64,000 nt of DNA from Caecitellus pseudoparvulus (taxonomy: Eukaryota > Protista > Bigyra: Bicosoecida): assembly GCA_965644315.1 (NCBI GenBank), contig CBFFRQ010000067.1:310001-374000 (forward strand). Direction: 5' to 3'. Made by a program: the position numbers and the translations under genes. Below the pieces are notes generated by a model. It had not been told where the DNA came from. It did no database searches and saw only the letters and a program-made list of their open reading frames with translations. Of the stretch, positions 61,904-64,000 are shown piece after piece; position 1 is the stretch's first letter; every line of letters starts with the position of its first letter.

Positions 61904-64000
61904 ATGGATTATCGATCCATGTTCTCACCAGCTGCTTCGCACGATCAGTTCGACAGCAAGCCTCTGAGCGCGGCGTTCGCCGACCTTCGAGCTGCCAACG
62001 CCCAACTCCAGGCGCAGCTTGGCGGGCTCCAGCTTCCAGCGACGACTTCGGCTGGCAGCCTTGCTCCCAGCCAGCCGCGGGCTCAAGATAGCATAGCAAA
62101 AGTCTTCTCCAGCCCGCAGTGGCGCGGGGCGGGTCTGCGCAGCCACACCCCTGACTTCATGCCTACCGCACGAGACCTCGGCCCTTCCCTGGACGCCCAG
62201 CAGGTGCAGGCGCAGACAGGCAGGCACAGCCACACCGTGTCCTGGCAGCCGCCTGCGCATGGCCTTCCCACCTCCTCAGCATCCCCTCACCCCCGCCCCT
62301 CTGGCGCCTCTCCGGCGCCTGCAGCGGCGGCGGCAGCGTCGTCGCCTGGCCAAGCGTTGTCGAGCAGTACCTTGATGGCGTCTCCCGCCCCCACTCCGCA
62401 GCAGCAGCAAACGGCAGTGGCCGGCATGGAAGACACACCCCTGCCTCAGGACGGCCCCGCCTTGTACCGGGCTGCTCAGGGCTGGCGTGCTCTCGCACGC
62501 AGTGCCCAGGCACAGGCCCGTGCTGCGGCCGAAACGGTGCGGCAGCAGGCTGGCCAGGCTGCGGAGGACGCAGCACGTGTGGCTGAGCTGCAGGCTGCAG
62601 TGGTGGAAGCAGAGGACGCGGCGCAGGATGCTGGCCGGCAGGCTGCGAACTGTGCTGCGGAAAGCAGCGCTCTGCGGAAGCAACTCGTCGCTGCAGCAGG
62701 CGGGCAAGGGAGCGGCGGCACTGCCGACTTGGCCAGCATCGGCCAGATGCAAGCCTTGCTGGAGGCAGCCCATGTGGAAATTCGCAGTCTGCAGAAACAA
62801 GTGGCCACGTCCCGCCAGCAGCGCAACGCCGCCATGTCAGAGACGCAGCAGGCTCTGCGCACCGCCGCAGCCGCTCGAGCTGCAGCCAGCGCAGCTGAGG
62901 GGCAGCATCGCGTGGCAGAGGCAGCGGCGACTGTGCTTCGAGAAGAGGTGCTACAGCTGCATGAAGCGGCGGCAGCTGACAAGAGCAAGCCGCCTGGTGC
63001 AGCGGAAGCGGACGAGGCTGGGCTGCAAGCGACGCTGCTTGACTTGCGCACGCGAAACGCGGAGCTGATGGAAACGCTGCAAGCCGCGGAAACCAGCGTG
63101 CAGCAGCTATCACAAGCTCTGCAGGAGAGTGAATTGGCACGAGAAGCGGCTCAAGCCCAAGTTTCACACGGCAAGTCAGCTGTGGGGGAGGCTGAGGCTC
63201 GCGTGATGGCGCTGGAAGCCTCCAACGCCGCCCTGCAGCGCCGAGTTGCGAATTTGGAGAAGGCTCGCTCCGAGGCGGAGGCAGCTGCAGCTGCCGCCAC
63301 GTCAGAGAGTGCGGCTGCCGCCGCTGTGGTGGAGCAGCTGCGCAGTCAGGTGCAGCAGGTGGAAGGGGATTTGGCGCGGCTGGGTGGCGCTTCGCAGGCT
63401 CAGGCGCAGGCAGTGGCGGCGTTGGCGGGGACGCCCAAGCCAGGCGTTGCCCCCCCCACACCCCCCTCGCACACCCAGTCCCCTCATGCTGGCCTGGCAT
63501 CTGTCCTTACGCCCAGCCCCGTCACGAAGCGTGGCGCCAATGCCGAGGGCTCCCCTGCTTCCACGCCTGGGCTAGGTGCGTCACGAGGGACGATGAGCCT
63601 GGCCCCCCCTCAGGCAGCGGCGCACCCCCCCTCACACGAGCATGCGTCTCCCCCGCAACACCACCACGGCATCAGAGCACCTTCGCCAGCTGTCGCAGAG
63701 GGCTCTGCCTCCCCTGCGTCCACCTCCCCCCGAGGCACCGCCTTCACCATTCCTTCTGGCCAGCGTGTTCGGAGTGGGAGCAAGAACACCACGCCGAGCG
63801 CTGCTGTAGCGGCTGCTCGTCGTTTTGCCCGCGGCAGAGGCAGCCCAGCGAGAAAGGCGACCCCTCCACCTTCACCGCCCAGCCGCACCTCCAGTCGAAA
63901 CAGGGCCAGGCGACGCTTGAAGGGCGCCATTGCTGCAGTGCAAGCCTCTGTTGGGCGTGCAGCGTCCCCAGGCCGCCCGTCGCTGGTGCTCACAGACTCT
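61904..64000 (+). CDS. Coiled-coil protein, truncated by window end
   Basis: Open frame from ATG 61904 (MDYRSMFSPAASHDQF...) with Ala/Gln/Glu heptads (LLDLRTRNAELMETLQ...LEASNAALQRRVANLE). It appears to run off the window without a stop and is therefore absent from the ORF track. Confidence 0.75.
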   Translation, partial: MDYRSMFSPAASHDQFDSKPLSAAFADLRAANAQLQAQLGGLQLPATTSAGSLAPSQPRAQDSIAKVFSSPQWRGAGLRSHTPDFMPTARDLGPSLDAQQVQAQTGRHSHTVSWQPPAHGLPTSSASPHPRPSGASPAPAAAAAASSPGQALSSSTLMASPAPTPQQQQTAVAGMEDTPLPQDGPALYRAAQGWRALARSAQAQARAAAETVRQQAGQAAEDAARVAELQAAVVEAEDAAQDAGRQAANCAAESSALRKQLVAAAGGQGSGGTADLASIGQMQALLEAAHVEIRSLQKQVATSRQQRNAAMSETQQALRTAAAARAAASAAEGQHRVAEAAATVLREEVLQLHEAAAADKSKPPGAAEADEAGLQATLLDLRTRNAELMETLQAAETSVQQLSQALQESELAREAAQAQVSHGKSAVGEAEARVMALEASNAALQRRVANLEKARSEAEAAAAAATSESAAAAAVVEQLRSQVQQVEGDLARLGGASQAQAQAVAALAGTPKPGVAPPTPPSHTQSPHAGLASVLTPSPVTKRGANAEGSPASTPGLGASRGTMSLAPPQAAAHPPSHEHASPPQHHHGIRAPSPAVAEGSASPASTSPRGTAFTIPSGQRVRSGSKNTTPSAAVAAARRFARGRGSPARKATPPPSPPSRTSSRNRARRRLKGAIAAVQASVGRAASPGRPSLVLTDS

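Overview
Gene-dense, GC-rich eukaryotic nuclear DNA. It has short GT-AG introns (about 58-233 nt, mostly GTGAGT/GTGCGT donors and CAG acceptors) and very short intergenic gaps. Gene content (ciliary B9D2, CCT-motif protein, Drosha-like RNase III protein, DA2/GW2-type RING) suggests a flagellated protist, plausibly a heterotrophic stramenopile; this assignment is inference. About 24 protein-coding genes can be reconstructed: a cNMP-binding/CAMKK/PP2C fusion, a GNPTG-like MRH protein, MoaA/MOCS1A, B9D2, a U-box protein, MAN2C1-type GH38 mannosidase, a Dicer/Drosha-like protein, a giant Sel1-repeat protein, SERF, a DA2/Sip5-like RING protein, NDK, a CCT protein, a DnaJ protein, FAH, a MAP3K, a 2-TM Cys-loop protein, a NudC-type Nudix hydrolase, a small unknown, PMF1/Nnf1, UPF2, an LRR-DSP, a C2/EF-hand protein and a truncated coiled-coil gene. 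The most striking feature is a compositionally distinct island at about 24.4-31.9 kb. It holds an intronless 1875-aa gene with a putative MLKL/HeLo-like helical N-terminus, a putative dead TKL-type kinase fold, and 34 indel-free 108-bp Sel1 repeats. In these repeats one helix is almost invariant at the DNA level while one face of the other helix is hypervariable and shuffled. The gene is bracketed by an imperfect inverted repeat with a near-perfect 6-bp direct repeat and lies tail-to-tail with the Dicer/Drosha-like gene. This looks like a candidate diversifying, possibly mobile, innate-immune/cell-death receptor. No tRNA, rRNA, CRISPR array or autonomous transposon was recognised. All family calls come from motif recognition by eye, not database searches.
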